35,696 bases of DNA from positions 413,559 through 449,254 of the forward strand of contig KV454014.1 in the NCBI GenBank assembly GCA_001661245.1, in the 5' to 3' direction. The notes below the pieces were generated by a model that was not told where the DNA came from, ran no database searches, and worked only from the letters and a program-made list of their open reading frames with translations. Both the position numbers and the translations under genes were made by a program. This document shows, in pieces, positions 21,385 to 31,544 of the stretch (its first letter is position 1; every line of letters starts with the position of its first letter). This stretch comes from Pachysolen tannophilus NRRL Y-2460 (Eukaryota).

Positions 21385-22470
21385 ATGTTGAGAGTATCGG
21401 TATTGGGTAAAAGATGCTTGATGCCGTCTTTGTGCATTCAAAAGAGGTTAAAAAGTTATATTCCAATTCCTACAATTCCGCATATTGATTCTATTAAAGA
21501 TAATGGAATTAAAGGTTTATATTCTGAAAAAGGTTTAAATACAGTATGGTATAAGAAATTAGAAAAAAATGTTATTAGTTTGGAAGAATGTATTGAAGAA
21601 TCAAATAATTCTGATAATTTGAAATCTTCATTTATAGATAAACATACTAATACAAATTCTTCATTATCATTAGATTTAACAGAGATCAATAATCCTATTA
21701 ATAAATTATATACTTTATTAAATAAAACTGCAAAGAATGTTGAAGATTATGCAGTTTTTTGTTTTGCATCTCAAATTTATAATGATTATTTTGCAATTTC
21801 ATCTGTTGGTCCTAAAAGATTTGTTGAAAATTCTTCTTCTTCTTCTTCTTTTAATATTAATAAACCTGATGAAAATTCAATTTTTGAATCACCTAGTATG
21901 GATCTTTCTTTCCAAAATGAACCAATTGGACAATTAGAAACATGGATTACTGAATCATTTGGTTCTATAGTTGAATTTAGAACACATTTACTTAATACAA
22001 ATTTGGCTATAAAGGGTAATGGTTATACATGGTTAGTTATACAGAAAAGACATCAAAAGAGAGATTCATTTCCAATTTATGAAAATTTATATATTGTAAA
22101 TACTTATAATTCTGGTACTCCAAATGCTAAAATTACTGAGGGACAACTTTTTTCAGTTAAACATCAAATTGATGATTTAAAAGAAAAGGAAAAAACAAAA
22201 CAGGATAAAATTGATCAACAAGAAGAAAGAGAAAGATTACTTATAACAAATCTTCCAACATTAGAAGAAGCAAAAGAACAAGTGCATTTAGAAAATTCAT
22301 TCGAATATATCCCATTATTAGCTATAAATGGATCTCCATCTGCTTATTTACCAGATTATGGTGTATTTGGTAAAAAAATGTATTTAAATAACTTATGGGA
22401 CTGCATTGATTGGGAAATAGTTTCTAATAGAATCCCAGAAGATGCTAGAAAGACAACAGATACTCAATAG
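21385..22470 (+). CDS. MRP1: Mitochondrial small-subunit ribosomal protein mS43 (SOD-fold)
   Basis: KGLYSEKGLNTVW, SFGSIVEFRTHLLNTNLAIKGNGYTWLV, NTYNSGTP and YIPLLAINGSPSAYLPDYGVFGK motifs, with a basic presequence MLRVSVLGKR. The track start at 21373 is GTG. It lies convergent with PAL1. Confidence 0.92.
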   Translation: MLRVSVLGKRCLMPSLCIQKRLKSYIPIPTIPHIDSIKDNGIKGLYSEKGLNTVWYKKLEKNVISLEECIEESNNSDNLKSSFIDKHTNTNSSLSLDLTEINNPINKLYTLLNKTAKNVEDYAVFCFASQIYNDYFAISSVGPKRFVENSSSSSSFNINKPDENSIFESPSMDLSFQNEPIGQLETWITESFGSIVEFRTHLLNTNLAIKGNGYTWLVIQKRHQKRDSFPIYENLYIVNTYNSGTPNAKITEGQLFSVKHQIDDLKEKEKTKQDKIDQQEERERLLITNLPTLEEAKEQVHLENSFEYIPLLAINGSPSAYLPDYGVFGKKMYLNNLWDCIDWEIVSNRIPEDARKTTDTQ

Positions 22471-22974
22471 ATTTTATAACATTTGTTTTTTTTTTGTTTT
22501 TCTTTCTTTATTGTTCCCATCCAAAAAAATTTCAATTTTCTGTATATATTATTAGGTATGATTTTAATTCCATAATAAAAGCATATATTACTTAAATTCA
22601 AATGTAACAAATTCCCTTACACGTTGATATAATGAAGTCTGCCTTAAAAAGGACAGTAAAGCAAGAAAATAAAAATAATAAAAATAAAAAGAAGAAAAAA
22701 AAAAAAATAATAATAAAAAGATGGAAAAGAAAAAAGAAACTTTATAGTAAAACAAAAATTGTTAAATAAAAAAAGAGAGATGGAAAAATCACCCTCTATA
22801 GAAGACAATAACACCTGTAAAATAAAAATTCCAACAACGACGAAAACTATTACTAAAAGAAGATAAATAAAATCAAAATAAAATATATATAAAAAAAAAA
22901 AAAAAAAGAAAAAAAAGAAGAAGTAAATAGAAAAAAAAAAAAAAGCACCACAACTTAAATTTTTCTTCTTTTAC

Positions 22975-25686
22975 TTAACCTTTTCTTCTTATACTTTTAA
23001 CCCTATTGACTAAAGATTTCTTTCTACCTAAACCAGCACCCAAGTTGGTGTTTGCATCATCAATAATTGCAGTCTTTGATGCAGGTGCACCATCAAGGAA
23101 AGTGGAACTACCTAAACCTAGTGTAGTACTTCCATGAACAGGTGCTTGCTTGGTATTTGAATCAAATTGAATTATAGAAGGATCTGGACCTATTGTTGCT
23201 AAGGTGGCCTGAGATTTAGCAACTTTATCATTTAAATATAATGGATGTCCAACAGCAATTGCAGGAGGCAGCGGTGGTACAATAGGCAGTGGTAATCCTT
23301 GTGGTTTTCTAAGTATTGATGCAATTGGTGCAGATGATGTTGTATATATTTTATCTCCATCATCATCGTTATTAAAACCAAAAGCATAATTTATTTGCTG
23401 TGATTTAATATTAATAGGCCCTGTACCTTTAATAGTTGAATTTGGACCATCTACTGGAAATGCCAGAACAGGTGCATCTTTCTTACCTTTATTTCTTTGT
23501 GGAGTACAAGCATCAAATGGACCGTCATGATGGAAACTACCACCACCGAAAAAACCTGTAACATCCAACTTATCAATGGTATCAACGTTTTTAGATTTCA
23601 GAGTAACAGAATCTTTTCTTGATAATGATGATTTTCCATCTTTATTTGAAGAAGAACGATGGCGACTACTTCTATGTTCGCGATCACCAGTCAGATCTTT
23701 TCTTGAGCTTGAATGACGATGATGTCTTGACGAAGATGAAGTATAACGCTCACGATCACCATCACTATTTGATCTATGTTCCCGATTACTTGTTGTATGA
23801 TGATGTTCACGTCTTGAACTACCACGAACAGTAGCATCTTTTCTTCTTGAACTTGATACTAACTCATCATAATCTTCCTTTTCACGTGGATAACTACCAT
23901 TCCTAGCCAACTTTGGACCTACAATTTCTTCATAAGTTGGTGGTAAATCACCATTCCCATTACCTGTTGCCCTTGTAACTGGTGGTGGTGGCGAAACAAA
24001 ATCATCTTCAAATGAATAATTACGATAAATCGGTGACATTGAAGGCGACGTGCTTCTTTGAGGCGCGTGACTGCTGCCTGTTGAACTTATAGTTAATGCG
24101 TCAGCAAAAGGATTATTTGAATGTTTTGTTGGGTATGACATACTGTTTTAAAAAAAATAAAATAAAGAGTTAATATGAATAATGCCTTGAGGTGAAAATG
24201 AAAACACAAATCAAATCAAATCAAAAATAAAAAAAAAAATAAAAATAAAAATAATTGACGAAATTAACCTCTAACTTGACTGATTGTAATTTATTATAAT
24301 TATGGGACCCTAATAAAGAATGTTCTCAACAACTTTGCTTGTTATAAAATATGTATATGTTTTCGTGTGACAAAACAAATCAACTTTTATGAATGATGAT
24401 GAATAAATGAAAGTAAAGCAAAAAAAAATAGATAAAAATAAAAAAAAAAAAAAAAAAAAATAAGATCAACTATCCTCTCCTCTCCTCTTTTTATTGATAT
24501 AATGGAAAATCGATTGATTAATGAATATATATAAATATATATATCTATGATATATTATTGAAATTGTTTAATATAAAGTGATTATAATATGGAATCTAAA
24601 TCTTTCTTTTTACTTTTGTTTTAAATTTAGAAATTTGGGGGAAAACAAAGAAAATTGCCAAAAATGGGAAATTGGTACGCGCAAACACTACCAATGATAA
24701 TTCGCTTGCAATAAAAGAAATTGATGTTTATGATGATAATGATGATAATGATGAGAACGGAAACAAGGATGAGGATTAGTATGAGGATGAGATGATTTTA
24801 TATATCTTTATGACTAAAAAAAAAATATGTTTCTATCTTTATCTTATTATCAAGTATTTGTTCAACATTCATTAGTTTCATTGCTGTCTTGTGTTAGATT
24901 TCCGTTTTCTTTTATTCGTGACCGTTTATTTCCTTATTTTCGCTTAAAAAAGTAAAAAAACTAGAAAAGTGAGGCTATGACATAACAAGAAGAAGAAGAT
25001 AATGATGATGATATTGATATTGATATTGATGAATGAATGACACACTATATAAAAAAAAGCTAATTTTTCTTTCTTTCTTTCTTTGCTTTTCTTTCCCAAT
25101 GTGTGTTGATTTGATTGCTGTTGTTATCCTTTAGGTCCCTGTAATTATCATAAGATACAAAAGTGAGTTAGTTAACTAAGGAAAAAAAAGAAAAAAAATT
25201 TTGTACTTACGTAGTTGCTCCACCTGAATTTGAATGTAGTAAATTTGGTCTTCTATTTGATTTATTCATTCTATTAACAGTTAAAGTTGAACTATCGGAA
25301 CCGGTTCTAAATGGTTTTGAAGGTCTTTGAGGCTTAATATATATATCATCTGAATATAAGTCATCTTCTTTAAATTCCCCTTCATCTGCTAAAGTCTCCA
25401 ATTCTTGATTTTTAGTAACCCACTCTTCAAATGAATGAGTATTAATTGATACTCTATTTTTTACAAGCCTAGACCCCGGGTCATTTCTTCTATTATTATT
25501 ATTATTAGTTTGTTTGATCTCTGTTATTGTAGGAGTAGATAAAGAATGTGTCGACAGTCTATAATTGGCTAATCCATTTTGTACTTGATTTTGTTGTTGT
25601 GGTCTGAATGGATTATTTGTTGAAAGTCTTCTTCCTGATCCAGCCGAGGAGTGGGACAAATTCGAATGACTATACATTGATGCCAT
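22975..25686 (-). CDS. PAL1: Pal1-family endocytic/morphogenesis protein; full-length form exons 25686-25211 and 24142-22975 (547 aa)
   Basis: Exon 2 holds the Pal1 domain (KNVDTIDKLDVTG..GGSFHHDGPFDAC, AFPVDGPNSTI, T.GLGSSTFLDGAPAS, LGRKKSL) plus LPPTY. Exon 1 has STNNPFR and FEEWVTKNQ, matching the Pal1 N-terminus as I recall it. AC|GTAAGT...CAG|T ATG joins in frame. Confidence 0.88.
24143..25210 (-). other. PAL1 long intron (1068 nt, distal acceptor)
   Basis: GTAAGT donor at 25210, TATTAAC branchpoint at 24175-24169, T-rich tract and CAG at 24145-24143. The phase-2 junction is in frame. Confidence 0.82.
25139..25210 (-). other. PAL1 candidate short intron (72 nt, proximal acceptor)
   Basis: Same donor, with TAACTAAC at 25174-25167. 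The first downstream AG is TACAG, ending at 25139. Confidence 0.55.
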
Positions 25687-26177
25687 TACTTGTGGGGACA
25701 AATCAAAAAAAAAATCAAAAAAAAAGGGTAATTATTAATTTTCTATTATTAATATTAATGTCCAGAATAATGCGATATATGCTATTGTCTTGTTTTGTTT
25801 TATTTTAATTTTTTTTTTTCCAACTATCTTAATTGATTCATTTAATAATGACTAAGGGAAGAAAAAAACAAATATGCTTATAAACGAATGGAAAACAAAA
25901 CAAAATTGTTCTGGTTTTTTGTTAATAATTTATCAATATCCAACTTGATTATTAACTAACTACAGATATTAAAACCAAGAAAATAAAATTAGAATTTAAA
26001 AAAAAAAAAAAAAAATAAAATTTTTCTTTCTATCAAGATGAAAAGTTGATAAAATGTAAATATTAATTAAATTACCATTGAACCTTTGAACCTTACAAAC
26101 CGGTGAAAATTTTTTGACATTGGTAAAAATAAACAAAAACAACTCTTACCCTTTTAGGAAGAAAGTGGAAACCAAAG

Positions 26178-26183
26178 ACGCGT
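26178..26183. promoter_or_regulatory. MCB-like element ACGCGT upstream of PAL1
   Basis: Exact hexamer ~490 bp upstream of the PAL1 ATG, in CpG-poor DNA. Single copy. Confidence 0.3.
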
Positions 26184-27141
26184 CAAGAATTTTTACGTGT
26201 ATAATAAGCAATCTATAAATATATATATATATATATATGGATTGATAGATATTGGAAAAGAATTCGAAAGTCAAGAGATCAGATCTAATTACAACTTGCA
26301 TTGAAAGAGCCGAAAATTATTAGTCTTTTGGAGAGAAGAACTTTGATTTTCGTTATAAAAAAAAAAAAAAAAAAAAATTTTTTTTTTTTTTTCCCTTCAT
26401 ACTTTATTATTATTTTGAATTTAAACCCTTATTTATTTCCCTTTTTTCGCATAGATGATCTAGAATACTTACTACTTTCTAATCTTAGCTTTAACGGGTA
26501 TGTAACTGTCGACGTGTCAACGAAACAGAAAATGCCGTTCAGGTACAAAAGATACATAAATAATATAAAAGAGAACGCTTTATACAGATGATAACTTGAG
26601 CAACGTAAGCACTACTGAAACTTCTATTCAAGATATATCTCAAGACGTTAGATTTTTAAGCGTTTTCTTACCTTGAACTAAAAAATCTTTTTCCGGGCGG
26701 CTTTTCCTGTTAAATTTTACGGTATTTGAGGTGCCGATTAAATAAATAATAAATCTATTACTTTCTTTTTGTAAAAATATTAAAACTACTTCCGGGAATC
26801 TGAATCTATCTTTTTGATCCGATTTTTCCTTTGTTGCCATCTAGTAGTAACTCGGCTTCTGGACAATTATATAAATATATATAAATAAATATATATATAT
26901 ACATATATGTATATATATATGTATTTGTATAATAATAAGGCAGTTTCACCTGCTATGTTTTATATAACAGGCTATGCTAAGACATTAATTTCTCAAACTA
27001 AATCAAATTGATCAGGTGAAAATTTTTATGATTTAAATCTAATAAATTAGTAAAATTGTACAAGACTTAGTACGGAGAGGAAGGGCATACGCCTAAAGTT
27101 TCTTTCTTTCTCTGAAAAAAAAAAAAAAAAAAAATTTTTTT

Positions 27142-27930
27142 NNNNNNNNNNNNNNNNNNNNNNNNNNNNNNNNNNNNNNNNNNNNNNNNNNNNNNNNNNN
27201 NNNNNNNNNNNNNNNNNNNNNNNNNNNNNNNNNNNNNNNNNNNNNNNNNNNNNNNNNNNNNNNNNNNNNNNNNNNNNNNNNNNNNNNNNNNNNNNNNNNN
27301 NNNNNNNNNNNNNNNNNNNNNNNNNNNNNNNNNNNNNNNNNNNNNNNNNNNNNNNNNNNNNNNNNNNNNNNNNNNNNNNNNNNNNNNNNNNNNNNNNNNN
27401 NNNNNNNNNNNNNNNNNNNNNNNNNNNNNNNNNNNNNNNNNNNNNNNNNNNNNNNNNNNNNNNNNNNNNNNNNNNNNNNNNNNNNNNNNNNNNNNNNNNN
27501 NNNNNNNNNNNNNNNNNNNNNNNNNNNNNNNNNNNNNNNNNNNNNNNNNNNNNNNNNNNNNNNNNNNNNNNNNNNNNNNNNNNNNNNNNNNNNNNNNNNN
27601 NNNNNNNNNNNNNNNNNNNNNNNNNNNNNNNNNNNNNNNNNNNNNNNNNNNNNNNNNNNNNNNNNNNNNNNNNNNNNNNNNNNNNNNNNNNNNNNNNNNN
27701 NNNNNNNNNNNNNNNNNNNNNNNNNNNNNNNNNNNNNNNNNNNNNNNNNNNNNNNNNNNNNNNNNNNNNNNNNNNNNNNNNNNNNNNNNNNNNNNNNNNN
27801 NNNNNNNNNNNNNNNNNNNNNNNNNNNNNNNNNNNNNNNNNNNNNNNNNNNNNNNNNNNNNNNNNNNNNNNNNNNNNNNNNNNNNNNNNNNNNNNNNNNN
27901 NNNNNNNNNNNNNNNNNNNNNNNNNNNNNN
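27142..27930. other. Assembly gap (789 N)
   Basis: Run of N flanked by poly(A)/poly(T) tracts. Confidence 1.
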
Positions 27931-29491
27931 NAAAAAAAAAAAAAAAATTTAGGAATGAAATAAAGATTTTTTTTTCCATATTACTATTTCATGATACAAC
28001 TACAGCAGCTCTATATTTAAAAAAATTATTTTGCTTATATCTCTCAGCCAAGTATTAAAGCCATAGGCTTTTTCAATTGAACTCAATTCAATTCAATTCA
28101 ACTCGCAATTCCTTCCTATTCATCATTATATAATAATATATTGTAAAGACGGAAAATGGAATTTGGAAAAGTAATATAAATACGCCCCTGATGCATGTGA
28201 CGTATTCCAAACTGTATGATACTTTGCATTAGTGTTTTATGCATTACTGTAAACTTCAGTCGTCATGTCAATCGTCATCTGCGCTCTTAAAAAGTATTCA
28301 ATTCAGTTTGGAGTTGAATCATTCAAGAGACATATTTTAGTTTGGGTTGTGTTGTGTTGTGTACACAATTCGTCCAAAAAAAAAAAAAAATTTTTTTTTT
28401 TTTTAGTCGGAAATTGAAGCTTCTTTTCCTAAATGAATAATATTTCCATGAATTCTTTTGATATAATAATAATTTCTTTTTCTTTTATCCTACTCCCACT
28501 CAATCTCCATTCAAGAAATTTAAAAAATTATTGTCGAATTTAGAGTTTTTCTTTATTGATGTCTTATTCAGCAGATATTTGAATAAAGTTCTATTAAACT
28601 CAATTTCGACTTGGCCAAAAAAAAAAAAAATTAAGGCATGAGATATAATTTAAATATTAATGAATGCATGTAAGACATATTTCTCGGGCAGAAGATAACT
28701 TTCTACCAAGAAAAAATAAATAAAAAAAAAAAACAGTCTTTGGATACTATGGATATTAAGTATAAAATTACATTATGAGAAAAAAAATTTTTTTATTTTC
28801 TTTAAAAAATCCAAGAACTCCCGCTGAATTGTTGGAAATGAGAATTCGTTCTATATTTTTAATGAAAAAACTTAGTGCAATAATAATAATAATAATGATA
28901 ATAAAAGGAAAATTGGAGTAGACATTGAACTGAAGAATAATTTGATTGATCTTACATAATGTTTTTTCACATTTCTACTTTTATTTGTGAATCATTATCA
29001 AAACTTTTTTGATACACTTAAACGAGATCTCGTTTATGGACCAAAGACGTAGATTCTTTTTGTATTTACTTTTATATGCAAAAACTCTTATTAAAATTGG
29101 TATGAATAACAAAGCAAGCAGGTCAAAATTCTGGAATGTATTAACCAAGAATTCCTTGCAGAACTCAATTTTATGCATCCTGCATGTATTAGTATGCATG
29201 ATAATAGGGCTGCTCCAGACTATGCAAGATTGCTAAAAACTTTGCATTGTGCTCTCAATGAAAGACGCACGCTTAAATATTTGAATCTATGCAATAAGTC
29301 CGAACCCAAAAAAAAATAAAGTAAAATAAAAATAATGAAAAACTATTTAAATCAGTAAAACTAATTGCGAAGAGCAATAATATATTTGCAACTAACGAGT
29401 CACGGCTTTGTTTCGTTTCCCATTGCCACTACTGTTTCTCGAAACAAAATCAGTGATTTCAATCTAAAAGAGTTTATAATAAGGGAAGAAG

Positions 29492-29525
<34 letters not shown>

Positions 29526-31544
29526 AAATTTCTGGATGTAACCGTTTCAATGTAAAATAACTTGGATTCTATGGAAACCTTTTATATATATTATCTAAAA
29601 ACGTAAAAAAATTAATCATTTGATTATATAGCATTGGGATGAAAAATAATTTCAATTTTCTTTTTTTTTAATGTTAAAAGTGTTATTTAAGGCAAAAAAA
29701 AAGAAATAGAAATTGCTACCAATCAAGACCTAAATCACTAAAATAAGGCCGATTACATTCACAAATTTTTCGGGAATTCATTTTTATACGAACCGCAAAA
29801 ACAATTTGGGTCATTTAATACATTTATTTGCATTTGTTTTATTTTGCTTCTTCTTCTTTTTCCTTTTCCTCTTCTTCTTATTCTTCTTCTTTTCTTGTTT
29901 TGTAATCTTTGCTTTTGATGATCACGGGTTGCTTTCAATTAGTCTAACATTGAATTAATTTAAACCCAAAATTCCGCTTTAAGACTTTTTTGATACAGAT
30001 AAATCTTTATAAGATTGCGCAGAATCGTGGAAGGCATTGATTAAGAAAATAAATGAAAAATATTGACAAAATACGAGAAAAAACAAAGAAAAACAAAAAA
30101 TTAAAATAAAAAAAGAGATGGATGATGTTCGAAAAGCAACAATTAACTTTTTTGCACTATTTAGTAAAAATATTGTCTCACTAAAATTTTCCAAATAATC
30201 AACTTTTTTCTTTTTCTTTTTTTTTTTTTTTTCTTTTAAAAATAAGATAAAACTACTCAGAATAAATGCCTTTCGAGATACGGTAGACAGATTGATCACT
30301 GTAAGCTTTTTTAAACTTTCTCTTGCTTAGATTATGTTATCATTTTAAACAGTGAAAACAGTAGGATTTCCGCCATAATTATCATCATTTATGGTCGTGT
30401 TTCACTGGAAACAATTGGTAATTTTCTCTCGGATATTGAGGGAAAGACAAAAAGTTAAAAAAAATTTCAAAGCAAAAATTGAACATCTTGGATCAGCAGT
30501 ATATCTATGTATAGATGAATAAAGAGGTTCAGTGATTGACCAATTATGCTCATGTTCACAAAAAGAACTTATAAAATGACCTACTATTTAGTGGCATATC
30601 TCACCAAATTCAATTTGGCATTAAGCGTAGCTCGTAATTCCGAATTCTTTTACTTGCTTACTTATTTTTTTAGATCATAACCCTACTATATTAAAATTCG
30701 AGTCAATTTCTAAAAAAGAATCAAATTTAGATACACTTAACATATATTGCATAATTCTTTGATTAAGAAAATAGCTTTTCTAAACATTTAAAACAACATA
30801 CGTCCTTCATCTTCTTTCTCTTTTACCTCCTGCAAATTTTTGAATAACAACTGCTAACAAAAAAAAAAGAAAAAGAAAAAAAAAAAAAGAATGGTGTTAA
30901 ATACCAAGTTTATTTCATCGGGTATGTTCAGAACAAATGTCCTCTATTTATTTGGTCGAGCCAAAAAAAAAAATAAAAAAAAGAAAACATTATTTCCCAA
31001 AAATACTTTTAGATGCGGTATGTAGTAAAAGAGGTTTACTAAATCTTACATGTTATTACATTATGCATATGCACAATTTGTTATCGCTCAAAAATTTTTC
31101 AATTAATTTTTCATTTATTTTAAGAGGAAGATTTTCTAAACTTAGCATTTAACTCATAAACTTTCCTGTTGATCCAATTTTCGGGCAGTTTTCTTTTTCT
31201 TATTTTTTTTCCTTTTCTCTCTTTTTTTGCTTCTGTTTCTTGTGTTTTTTTTTTTTTTTTTTTCATTGAAATATCAGTCCAAACGATCTGTCTCAAAAAA
31301 AAAAAAAAAAAAAAATAGTTGACATTAATAATAAGTACATATCCATTTAATCTTTTTAGACTATTCTGTATGGCACCAAGATTCTTTGAAAAAGATAGGA
31401 ATATATGAATAAACCTCTTCCCATTATTATTAAAAATTCCTCTTTATTCGTTATTTTCTTTTTTTTTCTTTTTCTTTTTTTTTCTTCAAATTATTTCTGT
31501 TTCAGCAAACAACATCAACACATTTTCCAATTCAATAATCAGCA

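Noticed and set aside
21385..22470. Fe/Mn superoxide dismutase call
   Set aside because: It has the SOD-like fold but lacks the metal-ligand DxWEHAY motif, and it matches Mrp1.
296..23834. Numerous 60-120 aa ORFs overlapping the main genes (antisense or off-frame)
   Set aside because: They are shadows of real CDSs in biased-codon DNA, with no recognisable motifs and often non-ATG starts.
25207..25701. 164-aa ORF as an independent orphan gene
   Set aside because: Its stop lies inside a GTAAGT donor, and it splices in frame to the Pal1-domain exon. The TTG start is not used; the ATG is at 25686.
26945..27021. Inverted repeat TTTCACCTG...CAGGTGAAA as MITE ends
   Set aside because: Only 9 bp long, with no target-site duplication or second copy in the window.
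27047..27979. 310-aa ORF in the track
   Set aside because: It is an artefact of reading through an N gap.
26301..31152. Short intergenic ORFs (26301-26591, 26640-26840, 28981-29199, 29009-29236, 29979-30299, 30937-31152)
   Set aside because: No recognisable homology, and several run through homopolymers. 26640-26840 (MATKEKSDQ...) is the least implausible but has no supporting evidence.
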